A stretch of DNA of 64,000 nucleotides, taken from assembly GCF_009914755.1 (NCBI RefSeq), contig NC_060937.1; one strand, 5' to 3'. Of the stretch, positions 1 through 28,322 are shown one piece after another (positions within the stretch are counted from its first letter, which is position 1; each line of letters opens with the position of its first letter). Source of the DNA: the human T2T-CHM13v2.0 reference genome, Homo sapiens. The translations under genes and the position numbers were made by a program. The notes below the pieces were generated by a model. It ran no database searches. It saw only the letters and a list, made by a program, of their open reading frames with translations, and was not told the origin of the DNA.

Positions 1-128
1 AGGAAATCATTAAATTTGATGAAAGGAGAAAAAGTTAAAATGCATTGAAAAGAAAGAGGAGCAATGAGAATTTACTACTAATCATATATAAAACTGTATT
101 TTTATTCTACCATTAATATAAATGTTTT

Positions 129-490
<362 letters not shown>

Positions 491-1200
491 TTACTCATTC
501 ATTTAATAAATATTTGTGGAAATCTTTCTGTGCACCAAGTGCTGAGTTAAATAGAAACAGTCCTTGCTCTCATGGAGCCCATAGCTCAGGAGGACAGTCA
601 AATATGAAACAAATAATCTATAATTACAAATTGTGATAAATGCTACAAGGGGGAAGTGCAGGGTGCTGGGAGAGACTATATAAGAGAGACCTAATTTAAA
701 TTGGATGATAAGGAAAAGGCTCTCTAAGGAGATTTAAACTGAGACCCGCATCAGGATGTGTTCAAGTCAGTCAGGCAAAGCATATATGGTCGGGGAGAAG
801 GGGCTGCATTCCAGGCAGAGGAAATGGTATGTATAAGGACCTTGAAGTAGAAACGTTTCTTGTGTGGAGGAACTGAAATAAGGCCTGAGGGGACCTACTG
901 ATAGGAGATGAGCTGGAGAGATATACCATATCACATAGGGCTCTGAAGGTCATGCTAAGGAGTCTGGATTTATATTGAATTCAATGGGACATGAAGGTTG
1001 TAACTGGGGGTGGCAAGGGTGTGATCATCCAGTTTACCTTGTAAAATGCTGATTGACTGCTCTGTAGAGAATAGATTATACAAGATAAAGTAGGAGGCTG
1101 ATGCAATAGTATAGTAGAGAGATGATGATTTAAACAAGGCTCTGGGCAGTGGAGGGGAAGAGAAGACAATGGATGGATGTTGAAGGCTGAAGGGAGTTAG

Positions 1201-1863
<663 letters not shown>

Positions 1864-2337
1864 GGAAATGCCCTTTATTAAGATGGGAATGACTGGCAGA
1901 GAAAAAAGCTTGGAGAAATAGTGCAATTTTGACAAGCTAAGGTTGAAAATTCAAACAATAATGTCAGGTAAGCATTTTGACATACAAGTCTGGAGTTCAG
2001 AAGAGATGTCTGAGGTAGGGATAGAAATTTGGGTGTCACCAGCCTATGGGTAGTATTTAAGCCATGAGACTGAAATCTGGGAAGAGGTGAGATCATCTAG
2101 GAAAATAGTTCAGAAGGAGGAGAGAAGAGCCCAGAAACACAATATCCAAGTGAAAGTGTATATTCTGCAAGAAACTAGGCTTCTGAGTGTTGGGCTGCAG
2201 CAGCCAGCAGGCTTCCCTTTTCATTGGGAAATGAAATTATTCTGTTCATTGATCCATCCTGTTTTGTATATCTATATCGACTTTCTAAGTGAGTCCTCAT
2301 CTAAAGGTCCTAGAGCAGTTTTTTTTTTCCTTGCTAT

Positions 2338-2590
2338 CAGAGCCAAAGGAAGGATCCAGGTTTTTGGGATACCTGAATCATACAATTTTGGGAAACTTAT
2401 TAAGGAAAAAGAATACAAAATTCTAAGTATAAAATTAGGCGCAAAAGTAAATATTTATTTAGAATTGAATCACAACAAATTACAGATTTTCAAAAGCTGA
2501 CAAATATCACAGATTTCACAAAATCAAGACAAATAACTTAATTTTTATTAAATTATTTTAATTAATGAATTATTCATTAACCACATGACA
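2338..2590 (+). mobile_element. hAT-Tip100 (Zaphod-like) DNA transposon fragment
   Basis: ggatccaggtttttggg...aaaaagaatacaaaatt...aatatttatttagaat resembles the recalled consensus. Confidence 0.45.
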
Positions 2591-2594
2591 CAAC

Positions 2595-2916
2595 TTTTTT
2601 CTTTTTCTTTTTCTTTTTTCTTTTTTTTTTTTTTTTGAGACAGGGTCTCGCTCTGTCACCCAGGCTGGAGAACAGTGGTGCAGTCTTGGCTCACTGCAGC
2701 CTCTTGTTTCCTGGGCTCAAGCAATCCTCCCACCTCAGCCTCTGGAGTAGCTGGGACTACAGGTGTGAACCACCATGCCCGGCTAATTTTTGTATTTTTA
2801 GTGGAGATGGGGTTTCACCATATTAGCCAGGATGGTCTTGATCTCCAGACTTCGTGATCTGCCCTCCTCGGCCTCCCAAAGTGCTGGGATTACAGGCGTG
2901 AGCCACCGCGCCCGGC
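2595..2916 (-). mobile_element. Alu, apparently chimeric (J-type right arm, S/Y-type left arm)
   Basis: Arm diagnostics disagree; no TSD seen. Confidence 0.8.
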
Positions 2917-3074
2917 AACAGCAGTGTTAACTACCCACAACTAGATCTCTTTTTCATTCCCTCTTTGACAGAGAACTGTTATTTCACTCTCATCATAAAC
3001 TCTTGTGAGTTAGTCCCGGGGAAATCTCAAAGTGATGATTTAAGGACTGCTCTGGAAACCCCAAAGGCTAGTAT

Positions 3075-6600
<3,526 letters not shown>

Positions 6601-6609
6601 CCAGTGGTA

Positions 6610-8428
<1,819 letters not shown>

Positions 8429-8527
8429 TTATCTCTAGGAGTATTTCTTGCTGTTAGTGCTCATATTATACATTTTTACCAGCTTTTTCCTTTGTTTTCT
8501 TGATTCCTTATTTTTAAGGTAGCATAC

Positions 8528-9164
8528 TGTGGTAGATTTTATTTTCCAAAGGTGGCCTCAACAGTATGTCCCCATCCCACATGCTCTTCTAGAAACTACA
8601 TCTTCATCAAAAGATAGAGTTAAACTCCCTATTCCTTGAGTCTGGGTAGGTAGGTGCCTGCTTCCATGAATAGCCTATAGTGGAGTTGACCCTGTGTAAC
8701 TTCTCAGGCTCAGTTAGAAAAGGCCATGCAGTTTCTGCATGATTCTCTTCAGACACTCTTGGAACCCAGCCACAGTGCTGTGAGGGAGCACAAGCAGTCC
8801 ATATTGAAGACCAGGTGGAGCAGAATTGAGGCCTTGGCCCACAGCCCTGGGTGATCTAGCATATGACAACTAGCACCAACTTGTCAACCATATGCCTGAG
8901 ATATCTTGAAAGTGGCTTCCCATTCAGGTGAGATGTGGCAAAATAAAAAAGAGAAAAAAAAAAAAGAAAGAAAGTGGATTCTCAGCTCCCAGACAAGCTG
9001 CCCTGGGTGACACTGCATGGGGCAGATATAAGCCATTGCTGCCAAATACTACCAAAATTGAAGACTTGTAAGCAGAAATAAATAATCTGTAAGCAGAAAT
9101 AAATGATTGTTTTCAGCCACTATGTTTCGAGGTGGGTTGTTATTCAGCAGTGGATAGCCAGAAG
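8528..9164 (+). mobile_element. MaLR solo LTR (MLT1F-like)
   Basis: Starts TGTGGTAGATT..TTTCCAAAG; ends ttgttttcagccactatgtttcgaggtgggttgttattcagcag. Confidence 0.75.
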
Positions 9165-9269
9165 TGGAATAGAACCTTACAGATGGATTGTCTGTATTAT
9201 TTCTGGATTCTCTGGAATTAGTTCTCTAATCTAATTAGGTTTAAAGGTATTGATTACCTTGCTTCCACT

Positions 9270-10795
9270 AGTAAAGGGGGCACATGTTAATTGAGCCACT
9301 GAATTAGGAGTTGAAACTGCACTTAGCCATATTTAGCTTTCTGAAACAGTAAATAAAAGAAGGAAATTATTGTAGTAGCTGGGGTGACTAATCCTATCAA
9401 GAAGAAACTGGACAGTCTGGACAACATAGTGAGACCCTGTCTTTACAAAAAAAAAAAAAAATCAGCCAGGTGAGGTGGTATACACCTGTAGTCCCAGATG
9501 TTTGGGAGGCTGAGGCAGGAAGATCACTTGGGCCCAGGAGGTCAAGGCTGTAGTGAGCCATGATTTGTGCCACTTCACTCCAGCCTGGGTGACAGACTGA
9601 GACCCTGTCTCAAAAAAGAAGAAGCAATCAGATCACTATTACACAATTAGGTAAGCAGTATGTCTGGAATGTATGAGGTCCCCTGGGGCATCTCACAGTA
9701 CTCCCTTGCCCAGTGATTAAAGTCAAACTATAACTATCCCCTACAGACAGGACTGCTAACAACCCAGACCCTTAAAAATGAAGATGTGGGTCACCTCACC
9801 AGATAGGAATCATGAAAGCCTGGGTGGCTGCTGAAGGCAAAGGAAACATGGCATAGATAGTGGAAGAAGGAAGTACAGTAAGTCCTAACTTAAGGTTGTC
9901 AACAGGTTCTTGGAAACTACACCTTTCAGTGAAATGATGTATGAAGAAAACAATTTTACCAGAGGCTGATATAAACAAGAGTTAAATCCCTTAATCAGAC
10001 TCTATTTATGGTCATGAAAACATCAACAAAGTTCTAAATAAAGACCAAAGCACTTCTAATATTAAACATTGAAAAAAATGTGGGCTATACATACATTTAA
10101 GAAATATTAATAAAAATAAGTAAGATAATTATTTACCCAAATATTCTAGCTCAGGGCCATGGGTGGCTGAAGCCCATCCCAGTAGCTCAGAGCTCTAGGC
10201 GGGAATCGCCTAGACAGGTGGCCATTCTATGATAGGGCATGCTCACATGACACCTATATTCACTCAGACTGGGAAAATGTAGCTGCAACAATTCTCCTCC
10301 TGTACACCGCTTTGGGATGTGGGAGGAAACTGGAGTACCTGGAGAAAACCCACATAAACATGGGGAGAACATGAAAACTCCACATCGACAGTGGCACCAG
10401 CTGGAAAGAGAATTTTTCTCATTAATGTTATAACTAAACATTATTGAAGGACCTGTTGTAATAAACAGCTTTGACCATGTGAATAAGGGGCAGAAATGAG
10501 GGTTGGAATAGTTATTTCTTCTTTTGAATATGTTTTTGTATATTAAACATCTTTTTTCTCTCCCTCCCCACTCCTCTACCATCGAATATACTTTGTGCCA
10601 ATGGTAATTAACCTTATAGGATTTACATTACAGGATCATTATAGTGTGATTCAGCTAGGAGTGACTTTATATCCTCCTGTCCTGCAAGGGTTGCTTAAGT
10701 TTATGAAGGAAACTGATCATCTTAGCTGGAAACATGACTTTGTTATTGTCAGTTAAGAATGTTTACAGAAAAAGTGTGTATAGATGCCAAGATGT
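9270..10795 (+). mobile_element. Degenerate ERVL internal sequence, interrupted by a partial Alu (9413-9620) and MER6A
   Basis: gtatgtctggaat...cccctggggcatctc...gtactcccttgcccagtgattaaagtcaa...gctgaaggcaaaggaaac resembles the ERVL-int 3' region and abuts an MLT2 LTR. Confidence 0.6.
9876..10458 (-). mobile_element. MER6A-like Tigger/TcMar MITE
   Basis: Termini CAGTAAGTCCT / AGGACCTGTTG with TA on both sides; internal tttgggatgtgggaggaaactggagtacc. Confidence 0.75.
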
Positions 10796-10799
10796 AGAC

Positions 10800-11366
10800 T
10801 GTGGTGGCTTTGTACTATGTGAAATTAGCTAAACTGTAACTGTATTTACCAGAATTTCTTTCCTAGTACAGTTCTTCATCACTGTTGAAGACAAGAAGAC
10901 TTTGTATGCAATTTGGAAGGCAGAAGTGAAGCAGTAGCCAGTGCAGCGTACCAGGCACTATTGCAACTTGCACAGGTTGTCACTGATCTGATAGTGGAGT
11001 GAGGAGGCAACGGGCCTGAGGATCTTTCCTTCAGTTTTTATAATTCATGGGCCAAGAGTATGTGCAATGCCATGGCAACTGCTGATGTCAGTGAGAAATA
11101 GACGTGTGTTCTAGTTTGTCCTCAGGAATTCCAGTTGTCCTTTTTAGATTCCCCTTTGCCCATGTTCTTGTTCATATCCAGTACTCCTTCCACACTACTG
11201 GTTAGGCTGACCCATAGCGGCTTCAGCTCTGCACTAGATGCTGACAATAACACAGCATAGACTCCTCCACCAGTTACTATTATGGTGTCAAATCTAATCC
11301 TACAATAAACCCCTCATTCTTTGTTTTTCATAGTGGTTGTGCTTCTCCGATTGAACCCTAATACAC
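10800..11366 (+). mobile_element. ERVL LTR (MLT2F-like)
   Basis: TGTGGTGGCTTTG...ccagaatttctttcc start; AATAAA ~11304; end tgcttctccgattgaaccctaataca. Confidence 0.65.
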
Positions 11367-11369
11367 AGT

Positions 11370-14189
<2,820 letters not shown>

Positions 14190-14610
14190 TCAATTATTAA
14201 TAGAGAATTATCCGATTTAAGATTATAATGGTCATATTTCACATACAAATATTAGTTTCTGGAGTAGGGGGTGCTTAACCAACAGAAGTGGTAATAGTGA
14301 GTTTTGCTAAGTTAAAGGTACTTCTATATGGCTGGTGGTAGTTGTATGGGATGATACCAATGATATACTAGATTGTCAGGGCCATTTCCAAGATATAATT
14401 AATTTCAAAATCATATTTGCCTTTAATGTATTTCACAAGAATATAATAAATATGAGCATCTTGAAATCCTTTGAAAACTTGTATAGAAAGGTAACAAATT
14501 GCTTTTACTGCCATAAACACTAAAAAAACCTATGTAGTATATATCAGTACATAAGTATGATGATAATGATGAAAGACTATGTCTTCTATAAAGGGTCATA
14601 GATACATTAA

Positions 14611-17450
<2,840 letters not shown>

Positions 17451-17564
17451 TGTTCCCAAACTTGGAACATGAAAATATCAACTTTCTCCAAGAAGTCTGA
17501 CATGTTTAATATCCTCTAATAGCAAATGTGATAAGGTTAGCACTTAAGACACTGGTTTACAACG

Positions 17565-17715
17565 GACCTGTGTACTTGATGCCTCCCCAACCGGAAGATA
17601 AGCCATCTGAACTCACTTAAGGCGGCATGTTCACTTTTGCTTCCCCAGCTCCACAGTTAAGTGTACCACAGTTTCTGGTACACGTAATGCGTGTTAATAA
17701 AGATTTGTTGAATAA
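17565..17715 (+). mobile_element. L2 3' end fragment
   Basis: cacagtttctggtacacgtaatg...aataaagatttgttgaata. Confidence 0.55.
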
Positions 17716-18085
17716 TCAAATAAGCGAAACTGCTTTTAAACAGAAAGCCATAATACAATGTTATTACCTTCGAATTTGGCTAGAGAACATCACCAAGCTT
17801 ACCAGTTTGTGATCTAGACTCCACTTTTCCCCATTTTTTTCAGTGTGCTACTTTTGCTTATATCCATTCTTCTGTGACTTTGTTTGCCACAATTCCTTAA
17901 ATACTTCCACCCCTCCTTTTCATAACAGCGATCTGCCGTTTGTGAACCTCTTTTACAGAGAAAAACTAGAATGTTACTTTTCCTTTCATAGCAATTCTTT
18001 AAAATTTCTGAAAGCCTTTAAAAGGGTATTAGCGCAAACATCAGAGATCGCTGAGGTTAAAACTATCTTTTAAAAATGAATTTCA

Positions 18086-18100
18086 CCGTCTCAAAAAAAA
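18086..18100 (+). mobile_element. Extremely 5'-truncated Alu (CCGTCTC + A8)
   Basis: Alu 3' terminus plus A tail between perfect 15-bp repeats TAAAAATGAATTTCA (18071-18085, 18101-18115). Confidence 0.75.
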
Positions 18101-18738
18101 TAAAAATGAATTTCAAATCAAGGCTAGGCTGATTGGAGAAAAGCAACCTAGTATATTTATAAAGGTCTTCCAGTGCTGTCTAAGCAGTGTTGTCCCAGGT
18201 GGCATCCTATTTTTCATAATTTACCGAAGGCCCTTGGTAATATAAATACAGAGAATAACAGGTGCTGCACTGAGCAGGGGGTCTGTCTAAATCAACCTTT
18301 TTGGCTCCATTTTTTGACAAAGGGCCAAGAGGTTAGCGTAATCGGTCCAGTAGTTCTCATTACCTTCGAGGGGAAGGGGAAAGAGGAGAGGGGCGAAGAA
18401 AGGAAACGGGGAGAGGAAGTGTGGCAAATAGAAGATATTCTTCAGGTAGAGCCAGGGCTCGGGCCGCGTCCCCAGGTGGCCCCTCCAAACGACCGTTTAC
18501 CTTGTCAATTTTCTCTTTTCAATGAAAAAAAAAAAAAAAGACATCTGGCTTTTTAAGTAAGAGAATATACAAATAAGGAAGGTATCAGGTCTCGTGAGAA
18601 TTCGGCGCCAGATCCGCGTCCGGAACCCCACCGAGAGCCGCCGGTCCAACCGCCGATAGCTCGCGGATGCCCCCGGGGGCCCGACGCCGGCCAGGCTTCC
18701 CCTAGCGCTCCCGCTACCCATAAGCCCTCGCGTCTCAG

Positions 18739-18750
18739 CGCGCACGCGCA
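18739..18750 (+). promoter_or_regulatory. NRF1 binding site
   Basis: CGCGCACGCGCA matches YGCGCAYGCGCR exactly and lies in the CpG island; ETS-like CAGGAAG follows at ~18767. Confidence 0.6.
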
Positions 18751-18779
18751 GCGGCGACGGCCGTCTCAGGAAGAGGAAA

Positions 18780-18788
18780 ATGGAATAA
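18780..18788 (+). other. Minimal uORF ATG-GAA-TAA
   Basis: aaaATGg context (A at -3, G at +4); only other ATG between the NRF1 site and the PAN3 start; relevant only if the TSS lies upstream. Confidence 0.4.
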
Positions 18789-19151
18789 ACAACTCGGAGG
18801 AACCAGAGCGCGAGAGAGCGAGTGGAGGCAGAATTTAAAAATAAACCGGCCCCTCCGCCTTCCCCACCCGCTTGCCGCTGCCGCTCCCTCTTCCCCTGCC
18901 CGCGCCCTCGAAGTCCCCGTCTGGGCCCGCGCGCTCACCCCGTCGTCCCGCGCGGCCCCTTTAAGAAAAGAGAACGAGAGAGTGAGTGAGAGAATCCCAA
19001 CTCTCCCCCTACCCTCCCTCCTTCTACCCCCTCCTCCCTCCCCTCTCCCCTCCCCCTTCTCCCCGGGCGGCTCCGGCTCCCGCAGCGGGACAGACCCACC
19101 CGCCCAGGCTTTTATCCGGCACCGGCAGCGTCTTCCTTTCCTCCCCCGTCT

Positions 19152-19214
19152 ATGGTGGTGGCGGCGGCGGCTCCTCGGGCGGCGGCGGAAGACGAGGCTG
19201 CGGCGTTGCCATGA
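19152..19214 (+). other. Upstream ORF, 20 codons (MVVAAAAPRAAAEDEAAALP*), stop overlapping the PAN3 ATG
   Basis: ATG at 19152, out of frame with PAN3, open until ccA-TGA, where ATGA (19211-19214) is both the PAN3 start and the uORF stop. Confidence 0.7.
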
Positions 19215-19640
19215 ACAGTGGCGGCGGCCTCCCGCCCCCCTCGGCCGCCGCCTCCCCTTCCTCCTCCTCGCTGGCGGCGGCGGTGGCGGTGGTGGCCCCG
19301 CCGGGGGTCGGGGGTGTCCCCGGCGGGGCGGCGGTAGGAGTGAAGCTGAAGTACTGCCGCTACTACGCTAAGGATAAGACTTGCTTCTACGGGGAGGAGT
19401 GTCAGTTCCTGCATGAGGACCCTGCCGCCGGGGCTGCCCCGGGCCTCGGCCTCCATAGCAACAGCGTCCCCCTGGCTCTGGCTGGTGCACCCGTGGCCGG
19501 CTTTCCGCCGGGAGCCGTCGCGGGCGGGGGAGCTGGGCCGCCCCCCGGGCCCAAGAAGCCGGACCTGGGGGACCCGGGGACCGGAGCCGCAGCCGGCGGA
19601 GGAGGCAGTAGCGGGGGACTCGATGGACCGCGGCTGGCAA
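19211..19640 (+). CDS. PAN3: PAN3 coding exon 1 (MNSGGGLPPP...GPRLA), Gly/Ala/Pro-rich N-terminus with CCCH zinc finger
   Basis: gccATG at 19211; translation contains KYCRYYAKDKTCFYGEECQFLHED (C-x8-C-x5-C-x3-H, 19355-19414); ends at donor CAA|GTGAGT (19640/19641); 430 nt, phase 1; matches the human PAN3 N-terminus as I recall it. Confidence 0.96.
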
Positions 19641-20060
19641 GTGAGTGTTTTTCGGGCGGGGCGGGCCGCGGCGGCGGAGGGCAGGCCTGGGCCGGATGAG
19701 GCCCTGCTGCCGACGGGAGCTGAGCACGGCCCGCGGGCTCCCCCCCTCACCTCCCAAGGCGGTCTGAGAGGCCTAGGCCGGGCCTGAGCCCTCCTTCCTT
19801 CTTCCTGCTTCCCCTCCCCACTGCCTTCGGCAAGTCGGAGAGCGCGGGGAGGTTGGGTTCCCGGGAACGTGGGTGGGAGGACTGGGGTGATGTGAAGGGG
19901 GGGCGGGGAGGAAGGGGGATGGGCTGTGGCGTGCGGAGTGTGAGAAAGGGGGTGTCGTTTCCGGGGGGTGTGGAAAGGGGCTGGGTTTGCAGGCACATGT
20001 GTTTTGCGTGTCCTTGTGGAGTGGCGTCTGCAGAGTGTTGAGGTTCCCTAGTGGGGAGGG

Positions 20061-20104
<44 letters not shown>
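20061..20104 (+). repeat. (GT)n microsatellite near the start of intron 1
   Basis: About 18 uninterrupted TG units plus a short interrupted lead-in. Confidence 0.95.
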
Positions 20105-20106
<2 letters not shown>

Positions 20107-20404
20107 GGGGCGGGAGGTGAGGGGCGGGCTTAAGGCTTCGTGGAGTAGGTTGAAAGAACGGAAAAAGTTTGTAGAAGGCTTGCGGGAGAAAGGTTTTGCA
20201 GGCAGGAAATGCTTTCTAAGGATTAGGAGGGAGCGGACTGTCGCGTTCAAAGTGTGCTCAGGTTTAATCGAGAGTTTAGAGTAGGGATTTCACAAAGACG
20301 CATTTCATCTGAGTTTCCCTGAAAGCTAGAATAAGTTTGCTGGTGTCAGCTGGGATCCTGTCTTCTATAGCTTTGTATCAAGCAAACTCAGCATTGTGTC
20401 TTGA

Positions 20405-26602
<6,198 letters not shown>

Positions 26603-26835
26603 TCAGTTTTTACATGATGAAAGGTACACTTTTTTGGTAAAAATTTACATTGGAATAGAAGTGTATAAAGTCAAAATAAATCAGTCTCCTCATCTTATTG
26701 TCCAGGGTTAATCATTATTAATAGTCTGTGTGTTTAGATCTTTTCTACACATTGTATGGTATAGACATATATCTAGTATATATATTAAAATATATGTATA
26801 CCATATATACCTAAATATATATATTTTTTCCTCTT

Positions 26836-26867
<32 letters not shown>

Positions 26868-27074
26868 ATATTAGCTTGGGTTGCCAAAAGAAAATATTAT
26901 AGGCTGGGTAGTTAACTTCCCCCTGCCCCTCCTCCCCCCATAGATCCAGGAACTTGAGTGGCTAGGTGGTTTAAATAACAGAAAAGTATTTTCTCAGACT
27001 TTCAGAGGTTGGAAGTCCCAGATGAGGAGTTGGGTTCCTGGTGAGGGCTCTCTCCTGGCTATATTATCTAGGTA

Positions 27075-27635
27075 TGTGAGCACCCAAACCTAGATGGTAT
27101 AGCCTACTGCATGCTAGGTGATATGGTCTATAACCTGTTGCTTCTAGGCCACAAATTTGTACAGCCTGTTACTGTACTGAATACTTTAGGCAGTGGTATA
27201 CAAAGGTAAGTATTTGTGTATTAAAACATTTAAACAGGCCAGGCGCAGTGGCTCACACCTGTAATCCTGATACTTTGGGAGGCCAAGGCAGGCGGATCAT
27301 GAGGTCAAGAGATACAGACCATCCTGGCCAACATGGAGAAAGCCTGTCTCCTAAAAATACAAAAACTTAGCTGGGCGTGGTGGAGCACACCTGTAGTCCC
27401 AGTTACTAGGGAGGCTGAGGCAGGAGAATTGCTTGAACCCGGGAGGCAGAGGTTGCAGGGTTGCAGCGACCTGAGATCGTGCCACTGCATTCCAGCCTGG
27501 TGACAAAGCAAGACTCCGTCTCAAAAAAAAAAGGAAAAGAAAAAAATAGAAAAGGTACAGTAAAAATATAGTGTTACAGTTTTATGTGATCACCGTCATA
27601 CATTTGGTTTGTTATCGACCAAAACATTGTTACCA
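27075..27635 (+). mobile_element. Tigger3a/MER7-like DNA transposon split by an Alu (27237-27546)
   Basis: aaacctagatggtatagcctac...tgttactgtactgaatac [Alu] tagaaaaggtacagtaaaaata...gaccaaaacattgtta. Confidence 0.75.
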
Positions 27636-27776
27636 ACAAATCAATATATGTTTGTGTCTCATTTCAGTACTTAGTAATTAGTACTGGACCGAAATTTTAA
27701 TTTTATTGCGGTTTCTTACAAAATAAAACTAGCCTTTGGCTAGTCATTCGGTCTGTGTGAAAATACATTTCTTTGC

Positions 27777-28322
27777 AGATGGTCCCCACATTTTGAATTT
27801 ACAATTCATTTATCGGAATGTAGCCCCATCCATAAGTCTAAGGAATATCTAGATTTACGATGATTCGACTTCCAGTTTTTGACTTTAGGATGAGTTTATT
27901 CAGGCATTAAACGCATTTTTGACATAACAGTACTGACTTAAAATAGTTACATCCCAATAAAACCCTTGTTAAGTAGAAACTATTGTTAAGTTGAAAATGC
28001 GTTTAATTCACCTAACCCATCAAACATCATAGCTTAGCCTAGCCTACCTTAAATAGGCCCAGAATGCTTACATTAGCTACAGTTGGGCAAAATTACCTGA
28101 CAGCACAGTATACTGTATCAGTTGTTTACCCTCCTAATTGAGTGGTTCACTGGGAGCTGTAGCCTGCTGCCATTGTGCAACTTTGTGACATAGTATGATA
28201 CCACGAATCACTAACCTGGGAAAAGATTAAACCTCAAAATCTGAAATATGGTTTCTACTGAACTCATATCATTTTTCACATCATCATAAAGTCAAACCAT
28301 CATAGTCAGTTGGGAATTGTCT
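27777..28322. mobile_element. MER47/Tigger5-like pieces
   Basis: gttacatcccaataaaaccc...gttgaaaatgcgtttaat...catcatagcttagcctagcctaccttaaa. Confidence 0.7.

Larger units (their letters stand above)
18455..19870. promoter_or_regulatory. CpG island / bidirectional promoter of PAN3
   Basis: Abrupt GC-rich, CpG-dense segment in otherwise CpG-depleted DNA, spanning the first coding exon. Confidence 0.92.

Noticed and set aside
9068-9105. Short tandem duplications (TGTAAGCAGAAATAAAT x2 here; also ~14748-14773, ~52538-52598, ~60490-60540)
   Set aside because: Ordinary slippage duplications, mostly inside repeats; not arrays with spacers, so not CRISPR-like
19641-19699. C-terminal tail SECFSGGAGRGGGGQAWAG of ORF 18986..19699
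   Set aside because: Lies past the GTGAGT donor; intron read-through, not part of spliced PAN3
19112-19996. 294-aa antisense ORF and other long ORFs over the CpG island
   Set aside because: Non-ATG starts, low-complexity Pro/Ala/Arg/Gly composition; expected stop-poor shadows of a GC-rich exon
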